Part shown: piece by piece, positions 1 through 11,384 of the stretch
How positions within the stretch are numbered: position 1 is the first letter of the stretch
Layout of the letters: each line of letters starts with the position of its first letter
From: Cyanobacteria bacterium P01_F01_bin.150
GTDB lineage: Bacteria > Cyanobacteriota > Cyanobacteriia > CAKZMO01
NCBI GenBank assembly: GCA_039189765.1
Contig: JBCCYL010000002.1
Span: 1 to 64,000, forward strand
Length of the DNA stretch: 64,000 nucleotides
Direction of reading: 5' to 3'
Position numbers and translations under genes: made by a program
Notes under the pieces: model-generated
Told to the model about the DNA's origin: nothing
Seen by the model: only the letters and a program-made list of their open reading frames with translations
The model's database searches: none

Positions 1-361
1 ACCAAAAACGTGTTCCCCCAGTTGGTTCCCCCCCTACCTTTAAAAAAATAACAAAAAAAAAAACCTTCGGGGGGGGGCGGGCCCCCCCCCCCCCAACACT
101 GCCTAAAGTTGATACCCACGGAACAGTAGAATATTGATTCTCCATAAACGCTTTAACTATGACTCACTATATAAGTTAGTTCACGGCATTTGTACTTACT
201 GTGGATGCCATTTATAAAGGCTTTAATTATGGGGTTTAAGGCATTCTTTTCTTATAGACAACTCTTCAAATATCGGAAATAGAATATTCTCGTATTTTTA
301 ATGGCTTGTACTTTAACGCATGTAACTGGAGCACAGAACACTCTAGTTTCACGCTATGGGC

Positions 362-802
362 TTACTCTCCGGAAACTTGCACTGAAACTGTACGTTTACG
401 AGGACCATCTAATTCGCACAGCAGAACAGACTGATACGTTCCCAAAGCCAGCTTGCCATCCACAACAGGAATCGTCTCACTATTGTGAAGCGTCATTGCC
501 ATTAAATGAGAATGGGCATTAATCGGCTCATCATCCGGCACATCTTTTCTCAAATGCAGATCATTGTGGAGATAGGTTGCCCGCTCTGGGGCAAGTTTTT
601 TGAGGTAAGTCTCAATATCAACCAGTAACCGTTCTTCATATTCATTGATTGCCAGAGCCGTAGTCGTATGCCGCGAAAATACGAGTACCTGCCCCGATTG
701 GATTCCAGAGGAGGAGACTACTGATTGAACCTGGGCACTAAGATCGACGAGTTCTATAGAACGATGGGTCTCAATTGAGATTACTTGGTGAACAATGGCC
801 AT
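362..802 (-). CDS. yjbQ: YjbQ/UPF0047 family protein
   Basis: 146 aa; HTTTALAINE, NAHSHL and LGTYQSVLLCELDGPRKR motifs typical of UPF0047. Confidence 0.85.
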   Translation of the reverse strand: MAIVHQVISIETHRSIELVDLSAQVQSVVSSSGIQSGQVLVFSRHTTTALAINEYEERLLVDIETYLKKLAPERATYLHNDLHLRKDVPDDEPINAHSHLMAMTLHNSETIPVVDGKLALGTYQSVLLCELDGPRKRTVSVQVSGE

Positions 803-836
803 AGATTTGATTGTTTATCAAGACATTGAAACAGGC

Positions 837-1307
837 TTAAGACATTAATTCCGCCAAGTCATCCAGTACCTGCTGGGCATGGGGTTCTGGCTTAACCTTT
901 GGATAAATTTTGGCGAGGTTGCCGTCGGGATCAATGATAAATGTTCGGCGAGTAATGCCTATATATTCTTTGCCCATAAATTTTTTCGGCCCATAACTCT
1001 CGTATTTGGCTGCAATGGTTCCGTCCTGATCAGACAGCAAAGGAAACGGGAGATTGTGTTTAGAGGTAAACTTTGCGTGGGATTTGGCATCATCCGTACT
1101 TAATCCCAACACTACGACATCTTGAGATGTATAGGATTTATAGTTGTCTCGAAATCCACAAGCTTCTTTGGTACAGCCAGGGGTATTATCGCGGGGATAG
1201 AGATAAAGCACCACGTATTTGCCTCGAAAGTCAGCTAGACTAACCTGATTCCCATTACCATCTGGCAAGCTAAAATCGGGGGCTTTATCGCCAACACTCA
1301 AGTCCAT
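837..1307 (-). CDS. bcp: Peroxiredoxin Q / BCP thiol peroxidase
   Basis: YPRDNTPGCTKEACGFRD active-site motif. Confidence 0.93.
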   Translation of the reverse strand: MDLSVGDKAPDFSLPDGNGNQVSLADFRGKYVVLYLYPRDNTPGCTKEACGFRDNYKSYTSQDVVVLGLSTDDAKSHAKFTSKHNLPFPLLSDQDGTIAAKYESYGPKKFMGKEYIGITRRTFIIDPDGNLAKIYPKVKPEPHAQQVLDDLAELMS

Positions 1308-1624
1308 GATTACTCCTTAGTAAATAAATAAAATAAGGGCCTGTGCTTTTCGAATACAGGGCTCAGCATGACGGATCTAAAACAAATTGTAAATACTCTT
1401 AAGTATATTAATTATTAGCACTTGTCGGCTTAGCTTTATCGGACGGTGTTGTGGGCAACGCACGTATTTCTTAATCATTGGACGCATAGCGTATTAGTTC
1501 CAATAGATATTATTCACGTTTTCTCAAGATTATTCGTTATTTGCAAAACCCATGAACGAAACATCAGTGTTACGATTGCCACTAGAGAAAACAAGAGAAA
1601 AATAATTAGAGGAAGTGTTACTTC

Positions 1625-3775
1625 ATGTTTGAAGAAGTAGAGAAGGTGATATCCGCAGACGGACGGGATATTCGTCTTCGTCTAGGGTTATTGGCACCTC
1701 AGGCAGGCGGGTCCGTTCTTATTCAATCAGAAGACACAGTTGTTTTAGTTACTGCAACCCGAGCTGCTGGCCGAGAAGGAATTGATTTTCTCCCCCTACT
1801 AGTGGATTACGAAGAGCGACTATATGCAGCAGGGCGAATTCCAGGAGGATTTTTGCGTCGTGAAGGAAGACCTCCGGAGAAAGCGACTTTAACAAGTCGA
1901 TTAATCGACCGTCCCATGAGACCGTTGTTCCCCAACTGGTTGCGCGACGATATACAGATTGTAGCAACTACCGTTTCGATGGATGAACGAGTTCCTCCAG
2001 ATATCCTGGCTGTCACCGGCGCATCGGTTGCCACATTGTTGGCCCAAATTCCATTCTACGGGCCAATGGCCGCAGTCCGTGTGGGACTAGTTGGAGATGA
2101 TTTCATCATCAATCCCTCCTACGCGGAGATCGCCGAAGGAGACTTAGATTTGGTGGTTGCAGGGTCTCCAGATGGTGTAATTATGGTGGAAGCTGGAGCT
2201 AACCAGCTACCGGAACAAGATATTATCGAAGCGATTGACTTTGGCTATGAAGTCGTCCAAGACTTGATTCAAGGCCAAATCGAATTAATGAAGGAGTTAG
2301 GAATTGAACAGGTAACTGCTGAGCCGCCTGAACCCAACGCAGCGGTCAATGAGTTCTTGAGCGATCGCTGCACCAAAGGAATTAAGACTATTCTGACCCA
2401 GTTTGATTTGGATAAGAGCGGTCGGGATGGCAAGTTGGATGAAATCAAAGCGGAAGCAGTTGCTGAAATTGAAGCCTTACCAGAAGATGCTCCATTACAG
2501 GTGGCGATCGCAGAGGACCCGAAGATCATTGGCAAGTCGTTCAAATCCTTGACCAAAAAGTTGATGCGTAGCCAAATTGTTGATGATGGCGTGCGGGTTG
2601 ATGGTCGTAAGTTAGATCAGGTCCGTCCGATTAAATGTACGACTGGAATTTTGTCCCCTCGCATTCATGGAACGGGATTATTTCAGCGAGGTCTAACCCA
2701 GGTGATGTCCATCGTAACCTTGGGCACATCAGGTGATGCTCAGGAGATGGATGACTTACATCCTGATTCAGAAAAACGCTACATGCATCATTACAACTTC
2801 CCCCCTTATTCTGTAGGGGAAACACGGCCAATGCGATCGCCTGGGCGTCGAGAAATTGGTCATGGAGCCTTAGCTGAGCGCGCGTTAATGCCTGTTTTGC
2901 CAGAAAAGGAAGAATTTCCCTACGTTATGCGTGTCGTTTCGGAAATTATGTCCTCCAACGGATCCACATCGATGGGCTCTGTTTGTGGATCTACCCTAGC
3001 CTTGATGGATGCAGGGGTACCCATTGCTAAACCTGTGAGCGGAGCTGCCATGGGTTTGATTAAGGAAGGCGATGAGGTTCGTATCCTGACTGATATTCAA
3101 GGAATTGAAGACTTCCTGGGCGATATGGACTTCAAGGTGGCTGGAACTGATACTGGTATCACTGCCTTGCAAATGGATATGAAAATCACCGGGTTGCCTA
3201 TGGAAGTCATTGCCGAGGCAATTAACCAAGCTAAGCCTGCCCGAATTCATATCCTAGAAAAGATGCTAGCAACTATCGACAAGCCCCGAGAGGAAATGTC
3301 GGAATATGCCCCTCGTCTACTTACGTTGAAGATTGATCCAGACTTGATCGGTCTAGTGATTGGTCCCGGTGGTAAGACGATCAAAGGCATTACCGAACAA
3401 ACTGGAGCTAAAGTTGATATTGAAGACAGCGGTTTTGTTACCGTCTCGTCCTTGGATGCGGGTCAAGCGAAAAAGGCTAAGAGCATTATTGAGGGGATGA
3501 CTCGTAAGCTTACGGCAGGTGATGTGTATCTAGGGCGGGTGACTCGAATCATTCAAATTGGTGCATTTGTCGAGTTCTTGCCTGGGAAAGAAGGCATGAT
3601 TCACATTTCCCAATTAGCTGATTACCGTGTTGGAAAAGTTGAAGATGAGGTTGGAGTTGGTGATGAAGTCGTTGTTAAGATTCGAGAAATCGATAACAAA
3701 GGACGCATCAATCTAACTCGCCTTGGTATTCACCCCGACGAAGCCGAGAAGGTACGAGCGGCAGCGGAAAGCTAA
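1625..3775 (+). CDS. pnp: Polyribonucleotide nucleotidyltransferase (PNPase)
   Basis: [37 protein letters not shown]-terminal KH (VIGPGGK) and S1 domains. Confidence 0.98.
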   Translation: MFEEVEKVISADGRDIRLRLGLLAPQAGGSVLIQSEDTVVLVTATRAAGREGIDFLPLLVDYEERLYAAGRIPGGFLRREGRPPEKATLTSRLIDRPMRPLFPNWLRDDIQIVATTVSMDERVPPDILAVTGASVATLLAQIPFYGPMAAVRVGLVGDDFIINPSYAEIAEGDLDLVVAGSPDGVIMVEAGANQLPEQDIIEAIDFGYEVVQDLIQGQIELMKELGIEQVTAEPPEPNAAVNEFLSDRCTKGIKTILTQFDLDKSGRDGKLDEIKAEAVAEIEALPEDAPLQVAIAEDPKIIGKSFKSLTKKLMRSQIVDDGVRVDGRKLDQVRPIKCTTGILSPRIHGTGLFQRGLTQVMSIVTLGTSGDAQEMDDLHPDSEKRYMHHYNFPPYSVGETRPMRSPGRREIGHGALAERALMPVLPEKEEFPYVMRVVSEIMSSNGSTSMGSVCGSTLALMDAGVPIAKPVSGAAMGLIKEGDEVRILTDIQGIEDFLGDMDFKVAGTDTGITALQMDMKITGLPMEVIAEAINQAKPARIHILEKMLATIDKPREEMSEYAPRLLTLKIDPDLIGLVIGPGGKTIKGITEQTGAKVDIEDSGFVTVSSLDAGQAKKAKSIIEGMTRKLTAGDVYLGRVTRIIQIGAFVEFLPGKEGMIHISQLADYRVGKVEDEVGVGDEVVVKIREIDNKGRINLTRLGIHPDEAEKVRAAAES

Positions 3776-3799
3776 CTAGTTCTTGCACAGACCCTAAGT

Positions 3800-3847
3800 A
3801 AGCAATGGGGGGTTGAGACAAGAAGTTGCCTCAACCCCCCATTGCTT
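3800..3847. terminator. Probable bidirectional intrinsic terminator
   Basis: 18-bp perfect inverted repeat AAGCAATGGGGGGTTGAG / CTCAACCCCCCATTGCTT between convergent genes, about 25 nt after the pnp stop. Confidence 0.75.
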
Positions 3848-3949
3848 GTTTGGAATTTGGCCACAAGCCTTGGAGCGTAGGGGGGCTACCTATTAATGCG
3901 GATATTGCTCCTTTAAGTTGAAACAGCTTATTCGTTCTGAGACTATGAA

Positions 3950-6900
3950 TTAAAAGCAATCACTAAAGTCATTTAATGACTCAAACAAGATGGAGTCTTC
4001 TTCAAGGTTAATGTCTTTGTCATTCGACACTCCAGAGGCAGAAGCCTTTTCCGCTATCTGGTCCGCAATATCCGCAGAGCCAACATTCTCAGATGTTGTA
4101 TCTGTAGAAGCTTCTGTATTATGCAATGCTTCAGCTAGTTGCTCCTCAGTCGGGTTAACTGTCTCATTCAAGGGGCTTGATGCTTGATGCTTGTTATTAT
4201 CCATAGAAGGGGCTGATGCATCATTTACCCTATCACCCCATGATTTTTCCTTGCTCATAATTTCGAAAAAATCACGGAGGGTTTGCGTTCCCAGACTCTC
4301 ATCTGAGATCGCTGTCATTAAATCCCGCATCGTTTCTGTGCCAACTGATAATCCATTCGTTTCAGCCTCAAAAAGATTGACGATCGTATTATCCCTTTGA
4401 GAGTCTGTATGCCACCCATTTCTATTCATGGACGATTTTTCAGACGTACTAATAGGGGTTTGAAACAATTGCTCATTGACTGGGTGAACCGAAGGGTCTT
4501 CTGTTTCAACCATATAGAATGGATTGTCATCCATGGATTCTCTAGTTGAAATAGCTTCCTCTTCCTCTTCTCCAGGCTCTTCTGTGATAAAGACATCTTG
4601 AAGGATCTCCATAAAATTCCCCAAGGTCTGAGTGCCAAGAGCCTCACTATCAATGGCTTCTATAAATTCATTGGGTTCAGGGGCAATATCGTTCAGCCCA
4701 TTTCCAGAGGCAGGAACATTATCTTGAGCCGGAACATGGCCTTGGGCTGAAACATTATCTTGAACAGCCATTTGGGAAGCAGATTGTGATGTATTGGGTG
4801 CTGGTTCCTGAACAACGAATTGAAAGTTGATAAGAGTTCCATCTCCAACCGGTTCCGATGTGGTTTCATCAAAGAAATGGTTCATTGAAAGGGGAGCCTG
4901 AGGGGCTGTTTCAAACGAAGATAAATTATCTTCAATTCCGACACCATTATCTTCACCATTGTTAGATGGCTGACCATCATTTGCATGAATATCGCTCTTT
5001 TGGTGTATGGAAGAATCATCTAATCCAGGCAATCTATCATTAGAAAAGTCAATATTTTGTTCTTCATGAATCGTTGCCATAGAATAAATGTCAGTATCAT
5101 CATCGACATCATTAGCTGAAGATAGGTCGTCCATTACTTGATGAAAATTAACGAGGGTTTCGTCACTAATCTCTTGGCTGGATACCTCTTCAAAAAAGTT
5201 GGGGGGTGGGTCACCGATATTATCTGGATTCAAGTCTTTAAAGAAATTAGTTAATGTTGAGGAAACTAAGCTTTCAATATCTTTATCTACCACATCAACG
5301 TCTTTTGAGGACTGTTGCTCGTTAGTTTCATGGAGATTACCATGGTGCGGTACTGCATTGGAGGCACCAAATGAGGCTTCTCCAAAGAGCACAAGTGATT
5401 GGTCAGGGGCATCACCGTTGAGAGTTGGGCTTTGCAGAGTATCCGCAGCATTAATTGTATGTTCTTGTTCGTTATTTTTTCCTATCACTTGAGACGATGA
5501 GGATGCACTCTCTTCCATGTTCTGAGCAGAAAATTGTTCAGGTTGATGTTGATGTAGAGACGATGTTGCATCAGGACTATCTTGAACTACAGCAAAGAAA
5601 TTATCGAGTGTCTGAGTGCCTAACCTTTCCATATCCACTGCATCAAAGAAGTTGGTCAGGGTTGATGTTACTAGCTTATCCAGATCTTCCCTGCTCCGTC
5701 GGGTACGATGCTCTCTTGGGGGAGTAACATGATTCTCTGAGGGTCGTTCAGACGGAATGCCTACTGGTTCAGGCGGAGAACCCACTGGTTCAGGCGGAGA
5801 GTCTACTAATTCAGACGGAATGTCCACCAATTCAGACGGAGCACCCACCGGTTCAGATGGAGCACCCACCGGTTCAGATGGAGCACCCACAGATTCTGAT
5901 GGTGTTATGTTTGCCACAGGTTGTTCATCAGCCTTTACATCCATATCCTGAATCATGCTGGGGCGAAAACGACTGTCATCAGGGAATAAAAAGGTTGGAA
6001 TAGCTGATTTTTCAAGGGACTCCGATGTAGGGGAGCTTTCTTGTGGTGGTGGTGTATCTATTGATGGCGAATCCACTTTGTCGCCTTCACTCTCAGCGGG
6101 TTGAGAAAAAGACTTACTGGACTCTGGCAAATTCGTAGGCTGTTGAGACTTATCGGAAGAGGAATTCCTAGGAATATATGGGTTCTTGTTTAACTGAGGA
6201 ATCGATAATGGGGGCACTTTTCTTGAGCTGGCCGTGAGCGCTTCACGAGCCTGTGTCAAATGACGACTGGCTCGACGAGTATTTGTTTGACTTCCTTTTT
6301 GCTTAAATAGGGCAACAGCCAACTCCAAATCCTCAATCGCATTGGTGTAGTAGCCAAGGGATTGATAAGTAATGCCTCGATGGTAATAAATAACAGGTGA
6401 TGCCTCAAAGCATGTTAAAGCTTCGCTGTAATCTACAATCGCCGATTCAAAATCTTCTAGCTTTTGGCAAGCCAACCCTCGGTAGAAATAGGCAATTCCC
6501 AATTTGGAATTGGACGATTTATCCGATATATGATTAAACTCAGTTTGAATAGCCAAGCTAAAATCAGCGATCGCTCGGTACTGATCGCCTTGCTCTGATC
6601 GGATAAAGCCTCGATTACAGTATGCCGCAACCTGTGCATCGTCAATTGCTAACGCTTTGTCAAAGTCTGCTAAAGCCGCGGCTTGATTACCTTCGTCCAT
6701 GCAGATAATGCCTCTCATATTATAAGCCGCAGCATATTGAGGATTAATTGCTAATGCTTGATTAATATCGGCCATTGCGCCTGCGCGATCGCCTAAATCA
6801 TAGCGAGTGATTGCTCGGTTCCAGTGAGATTCAATATCCTCTGAAGCCAAATCCGTGTTGTCAAATGTTTGGATCAGTTGCTGAATCACTGATTTATCAC

Positions 6901-8425
6901 TGGTCCATAGCTTTAGGCTAATATCTTTTGCGGCACTGATTGGCGTTAACCGATCTTCAATGCCTAAAACAGCAAAGGACTGATCCGCCACTAAGAAGTT
7001 TTCCACTGTCCCCAGGACTCGAAATTTAAAGTTTTTGGGATAGCGTCGTTTTAGAGCTAGCAGATATTGCAAGGTTCGCTGAAGCGATCGCCGATGAAGG
7101 GGATCCAAGCTCCAGCGACGATTAATCACTCCTAAAAATCGTTCTTCCTCAGGTGAGGTAATATGGCACCAACCAATGTCTAACTGTCGTCCTTTTTTAA
7201 CAAACCGTTCGAGACTTTGCATCAAAGGCTTGTCCATTCTCATATCCACTGACCAGGGCCACACCATAATTAATCGCTGTTTGGCGGACAGCAACGCATC
7301 TTGAAGGACCTGCTGGCTGTCAGATATGGGCAAGGAACTTTTATCCCTTGGTGCCAATTGGGGATGTAAATCAAACAGCAATTTATAGGGCGGAGAATCT
7401 GAACGATTTTCCAGTTGATGATTGATTCGGTCTAGCTCAGTTTTTAACGTCGTTTTAATTTTGCTCTCAAACTGATCAGTGTTGGGGAGCGATCGTAGCT
7501 GCTTTTTGATATCGCTCAGTTTCCACGACAATGTCTCTTCAATTTGAGCACGAAATTGTGGAACATCTGGCACAGCCTGAAGCCGTTGCATGACGGTTTG
7601 CAATTGTTTCCGCAACGTTTCTTCTGATTGCCCTTGGGCGTCTTGATTCTCTTGCAGTGTCCTTACATCAGCCATCACCGTATTTAGCTCCCGTTTGGGG
7701 GCTAAGTCAGCAACCGCATCCATCAGAATATCCAATTCCCGTTTCAATGAATTGGCATCAACCTGTTGCAAAATAGCGCTGTTTTGACGATTTAGATGGT
7801 TAACCTGTTCCTGCAAATAAGCCAAAATTGGCTGAGTCTGATCGGTTAAAGATTGAAATCTAGACTGGATCTGCTCAGACTCTCCCCTTACCTGTGTAGC
7901 AAGGCGTTCGATATCTTTTTTCTTATTCTCAACATCCAGGCCATCAAACGATTGCTGTAAGAACTTTAGAGACGTGTATATTTCCGTATAAAAGCCCTGT
8001 AACTGCTGAATCTCATCTCGAATACCACCAGCATTTTGATCGTCCAGGATGGATGCGTACTGCCCCATTTCTTCCTGTATGGCATGGAGCTTAGTGGTTA
8101 GCTGCTTTAGCTCATCACGACTATGCCGTAACGTAGAATTCCGTACATCTCCAACCATCTCTGGCGTTGGTAATGTTTGAATATGCTGATCCATCAGCTT
8201 AATTTGCTTAGATATCTTACGCTTTAATGTCGCAATAGAGATCCTTGTCTTTTCCTCATTAAGACGTTCTACTCGACGACGATTGGCAAAACCAACCAAC
8301 AATGCTATTGAGAGCGGTGTGGATAAATAGAGTGCCTGTTTAGCCACAAAGGATGCTACTGCCCCCGTCGCTACACCAGCAATGGAAGCATACTCAGTAA
8401 ATTCTAACCAGTGACGATTTTTCAA
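3950..8425 (-). CDS. Large TPR protein: N-terminal membrane anchor, coiled coil, degenerate PLD-like domain, TPRs, long acidic tail
   Basis: 1491-aa ORF; TPRs (AMADINQALAINPQYAAAYNMRG etc.); hydrophobic N-terminus; TTG start uncertain. Confidence 0.75.
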   Translation of the reverse strand: MKNRHWLEFTEYASIAGVATGAVASFVAKQALYLSTPLSIALLVGFANRRRVERLNEEKTRISIATLKRKISKQIKLMDQHIQTLPTPEMVGDVRNSTLRHSRDELKQLTTKLHAIQEEMGQYASILDDQNAGGIRDEIQQLQGFYTEIYTSLKFLQQSFDGLDVENKKKDIERLATQVRGESEQIQSRFQSLTDQTQPILAYLQEQVNHLNRQNSAILQQVDANSLKRELDILMDAVADLAPKRELNTVMADVRTLQENQDAQGQSEETLRKQLQTVMQRLQAVPDVPQFRAQIEETLSWKLSDIKKQLRSLPNTDQFESKIKTTLKTELDRINHQLENRSDSPPYKLLFDLHPQLAPRDKSSLPISDSQQVLQDALLSAKQRLIMVWPWSVDMRMDKPLMQSLERFVKKGRQLDIGWCHITSPEEERFLGVINRRWSLDPLHRRSLQRTLQYLLALKRRYPKNFKFRVLGTVENFLVADQSFAVLGIEDRLTPISAAKDISLKLWTSDKSVIQQLIQTFDNTDLASEDIESHWNRAITRYDLGDRAGAMADINQALAINPQYAAAYNMRGIICMDEGNQAAALADFDKALAIDDAQVAAYCNRGFIRSEQGDQYRAIADFSLAIQTEFNHISDKSSNSKLGIAYFYRGLACQKLEDFESAIVDYSEALTCFEASPVIYYHRGITYQSLGYYTNAIEDLELAVALFKQKGSQTNTRRASRHLTQAREALTASSRKVPPLSIPQLNKNPYIPRNSSSDKSQQPTNLPESSKSFSQPAESEGDKVDSPSIDTPPPQESSPTSESLEKSAIPTFLFPDDSRFRPSMIQDMDVKADEQPVANITPSESVGAPSEPVGAPSEPVGAPSELVDIPSELVDSPPEPVGSPPEPVGIPSERPSENHVTPPREHRTRRSREDLDKLVTSTLTNFFDAVDMERLGTQTLDNFFAVVQDSPDATSSLHQHQPEQFSAQNMEESASSSSQVIGKNNEQEHTINAADTLQSPTLNGDAPDQSLVLFGEASFGASNAVPHHGNLHETNEQQSSKDVDVVDKDIESLVSSTLTNFFKDLNPDNIGDPPPNFFEEVSSQEISDETLVNFHQVMDDLSSANDVDDDTDIYSMATIHEEQNIDFSNDRLPGLDDSSIHQKSDIHANDGQPSNNGEDNGVGIEDNLSSFETAPQAPLSMNHFFDETTSEPVGDGTLINFQFVVQEPAPNTSQSASQMAVQDNVSAQGHVPAQDNVPASGNGLNDIAPEPNEFIEAIDSEALGTQTLGNFMEILQDVFITEEPGEEEEEAISTRESMDDNPFYMVETEDPSVHPVNEQLFQTPISTSEKSSMNRNGWHTDSQRDNTIVNLFEAETNGLSVGTETMRDLMTAISDESLGTQTLRDFFEIMSKEKSWGDRVNDASAPSMDNNKHQASSPLNETVNPTEEQLAEALHNTEASTDTTSENVGSADIADQIAEKASASGVSNDKDINLEEDSILFESLNDFSDCF
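5745..5900. repeat. In-frame 21-bp tandem repeat (PSEPVGA-like units)
   Basis: About seven imperfect units such as TTCAGATGGAGCACCCACCGG inside the TPR gene. Confidence 0.8.
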
Positions 8426-8976
8426 GGGTCGTTCAAGAATAGTGAATGGTAGACAAAAAAATTAAAATTACAATCTGGAAAAATCTTGGCAAGAGTCACT
8501 AAGACTGCTATATTAGCGAAACCGTGAAAACTGGTGCTGAATAAAGACAACTCATCCCATTCAGCTTATTTCCAAAGAATTCAAACGAATTTATGCCTGC
8601 TTAGTGTCTGCAAGAAGACAATAGTTGGGGCGTGTGCATAGATTTACCCATGAGAATTTAATCGTTTCTACTCTTATCTACCCCTTATATCAGGAAATCC
8701 TCTGGCTGCGATTTAATTTGACAGCCAGCAAATGTTTGGTGTCTAAAGGTATTTAGGCTATTAATTTGATTGCTTAACGAATGGGCACTTAGTCTACCCT
8801 TAATATCTTTATGCTATCTTGGCCAAAGAATGGGGGGTCAACTCATAAGTGGCTTTGTGGCTTTTACGACTTGGAAAAAGTAAAAGTCGCCGTAGAATAC
8901 TAATCCACGACGACTCTATCGAGTATGCGCTAATCTCTATTGCTATTACTACTGGCTGTAAATCTGCAATTCCCAG

Positions 8977-9510
8977 CTAGTATGCATCTTGCAATTCGAA
9001 AAAGTCAGGAGAAACATAATCCTTTCGCAAAGGCCAACCTTTCCAATCCTCTGGCATAAGTAAACGCTTAAGATTGGGATGCCCCTCATAAATAATGCCA
9101 TACATGTCATAGCTTTCACGCTCCTGCCAATCAGCAGCCTTCCAAATCCAGTACACAGACGGCACTCTAGGATCATTTCGAGGAAGAAACACTTTGACTC
9201 GAACCTCCTCAGCCTCAGTCACATCATCAGCAACCTTGACTAGATGATACATGCTCACCAAATCTTGACCAGGACCCGCATCGTAAGCAGCCTGGCACTG
9301 AAGATAGTTGAACCCATTGGCTAACAGTGCAGTTGCGAAGGGGATGAGAAGCTCTCGATCAACGCTGAGGACTTCAATGCCCAGATGATCTGGCTCTAAA
9401 ATCTCATGTTCAAACCCATTTTGGGTCAGCCACTTGGAAACCTTACCTACTTCGACAACGGCTGACTCATCAGACTCGGACTGCTTGCCAGCTAACGCCT
9501 TATCTGCCAT
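8977..9510 (-). CDS. ndhJ: NDH-1 subunit J
   Basis: [14 protein letters not shown]...[22 protein letters not shown]; operon position. Confidence 0.97.
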   Translation of the reverse strand: MADKALAGKQSESDESAVVEVGKVSKWLTQNGFEHEILEPDHLGIEVLSVDRELLIPFATALLANGFNYLQCQAAYDAGPGQDLVSMYHLVKVADDVTEAEEVRVKVFLPRNDPRVPSVYWIWKAADWQERESYDMYGIIYEGHPNLKRLLMPEDWKGWPLRKDYVSPDFFELQDAY

Positions 9511-9513
9511 ATT

Positions 9514-10245
9514 TTATGCTTCCTCCTGCTCAAGCTTAGTCTCATTAGGCGTTGCCATAGGAGTACCAGATGGAAGCATTAAGCCCTTAGGGGGAACTTG
9601 CTGAGACAGCACTTCTAAATACTTACCAGTAAGTATTTCAGGCACAGGTTTCATAGCATGGGAACGAGTGTAGTAACGATGAGTCTGCTCAGTTAGCCCA
9701 CGCTCTTGGAAAGACTCATTAGAAATCTTCTTGCGCAACTTGATGACAGCATCAATGATGGCTTCAGGACGGGGGGGACAGCCTGGAATGTAAACATCCA
9801 CAGGAATCAACTTATCGACTCCGCGAACAGCGGAAGGAGAATCGCTACTGAACATGCCGCCTGTAATAGTGCAAGCTCCCATTGCAATCACATACTTGGG
9901 GTCAGGCATTTGCTCATACAGACGAACCAAGGCCGGAGCCATCTTCATCGTCACTGTGCCTGCCGCGATCAGGAGATCCGCCTGGCGGGGACTGGCCCGA
10001 GGAACAAGACCAAATCTATCAAAGTCAAATCGAGAACCGATCAACGCCGCAAACTCAATAAAGCAGCAGGCTGTCCCATATAGCAACGGCCATAAGCTTG
10101 AAAGACGTGCCCAGTTATGAAGGTCATCGACCGTTGTTAAGATGACATTCTCAGACAAGTCTTGCGTAACCTGAGGAGAACCAATTGGATTGATTAACTG
10201 CTCTAAAGTCAAGTTAGATTGAGTTGATTGAAGATTCATGACCAT
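9514..10245 (-). CDS. ndhK: NDH-1 subunit K
   Basis: [18 protein letters not shown] and GCPPRPEA Fe-S motifs. Confidence 0.97.
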   Translation of the reverse strand: MVMNLQSTQSNLTLEQLINPIGSPQVTQDLSENVILTTVDDLHNWARLSSLWPLLYGTACCFIEFAALIGSRFDFDRFGLVPRASPRQADLLIAAGTVTMKMAPALVRLYEQMPDPKYVIAMGACTITGGMFSSDSPSAVRGVDKLIPVDVYIPGCPPRPEAIIDAVIKLRKKISNESFQERGLTEQTHRYYTRSHAMKPVPEILTGKYLEVLSQQVPPKGLMLPSGTPMATPNETKLEQEEA

Positions 10246-10598
10246 TCCAGCGCTCCTTTTCTCCAGGCATAGACCAAACCGACGACAAGAATACCGATGA
10301 AAATTAGAACTTCAATAAAGGCAAGTAGACCCAACTGATTGAAAGCTACAGCCCAAGGATAGAGAAAAACTACCTCAACATCAAAGATGACAAAGACAAG
10401 GGCAAACATGTAGTAACGAATGTTGAATTGAATCCATGCTCCACCTATCGGCTCCATGCCAGATTCATAGGTGGTTTTTCGCTCAACACCTGGTCGTTTT
10501 GGACGAACGATGTAAGAGGTAACAAGGGCTAAAACTGGCACTGCTCCGCAAAGCAGCATAAAGCCCAGAAGATACTCGTATCCGTTGAGGACAAACAC
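10236..10598 (-). CDS. ndhC: NDH-1 subunit 3 (C)
   Basis: [34 protein letters not shown]-terminal KGALEWS; GTG start. Confidence 0.97.
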   Translation of the reverse strand: MFVLNGYEYLLGFMLLCGAVPVLALVTSYIVRPKRPGVERKTTYESGMEPIGGAWIQFNIRYYMFALVFVIFDVEVVFLYPWAVAFNQLGLLAFIEVLIFIGILVVGLVYAWRKGALEWS

Positions 10599-10772
10599 AA
10601 TAGCAATACTTTTTCAACTCAATATCTTTTATTCTATTGCAAATCCTTCAATTAGCGCAACAAAAAATGAGTAAAGATACTTATTGACTTTGATTCCCAC
10701 GAGTATGTACTTTCACATCTGAGCTGGAATGCATTGTGGACAACCATAAAATCATCAATTATCTCAACAGGT

Positions 10773-11153
10773 CTAAACCGCTCTCTGAAGCAATTTTTTA
10801 ATAGTTTGAAGTAATTCTGGGGGTTGAAAAGGCTTGGTAATGTATGCATCCGCTCCTTGTTTCATGCCCCAATAGCGATCAAACTCTTCACTTTTGGTAC
10901 TGCAAATCAAAATTGGCACCTTCTTTTTAAGACCGGTTTCGTTTTTCAGCCATCGACACAATTCATAGCCATTCATCTCAGGCATAATCAGATCTGTAAT
11001 GACTAAATCCAAGTCCGCTGATGCTGATGTAATTTGCTTTTTTGCCTCTTTCCCATTGGTGGCTTCTAGCACACGCATGCCGTGACTCATCAGAAGTTCT
11101 GCGAGCATTTTGCGGAGCGTTTGGCTATCATCCACGATCAAGATTGTCGTCAT
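10773..11153 (-). CDS. Single-domain CheY-like response regulator (PilH/PixH-like)
   Basis: LIVDDS, TDLIMPEMNG, WGMKQGADAYITKPF. Confidence 0.9.
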   Translation of the reverse strand: MTTILIVDDSQTLRKMLAELLMSHGMRVLEATNGKEAKKQITSASADLDLVITDLIMPEMNGYELCRWLKNETGLKKKVPILICSTKSEEFDRYWGMKQGADAYITKPFQPPELLQTIKKLLQRAV

Positions 11154-11384
11154 GACTCCCTACCTAACCCTGGATATGTTGCAGAAGGTGGCGTTGTCGA
11201 TAGTATTGGCAATGCTCTTTCATAAAAATAGCTCATCAGACATTTAATATGAAGGAGATAGATGCAACATTTACAACTTGCTAACCTCATGTACTAGGGC
11301 TTTTTCTAATAAAACTAATGTGATCTCTTACATTCAGTATTCCCAGATTTTCCATACAACTGTCATAGACGGGGATTTTTAAGC

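Noticed and set aside
1..100. Long G/C/A homopolymer runs with an apparent G9/C13 hairpin
   Set aside because: Looks like low-quality contig-end sequence; not interpretable.
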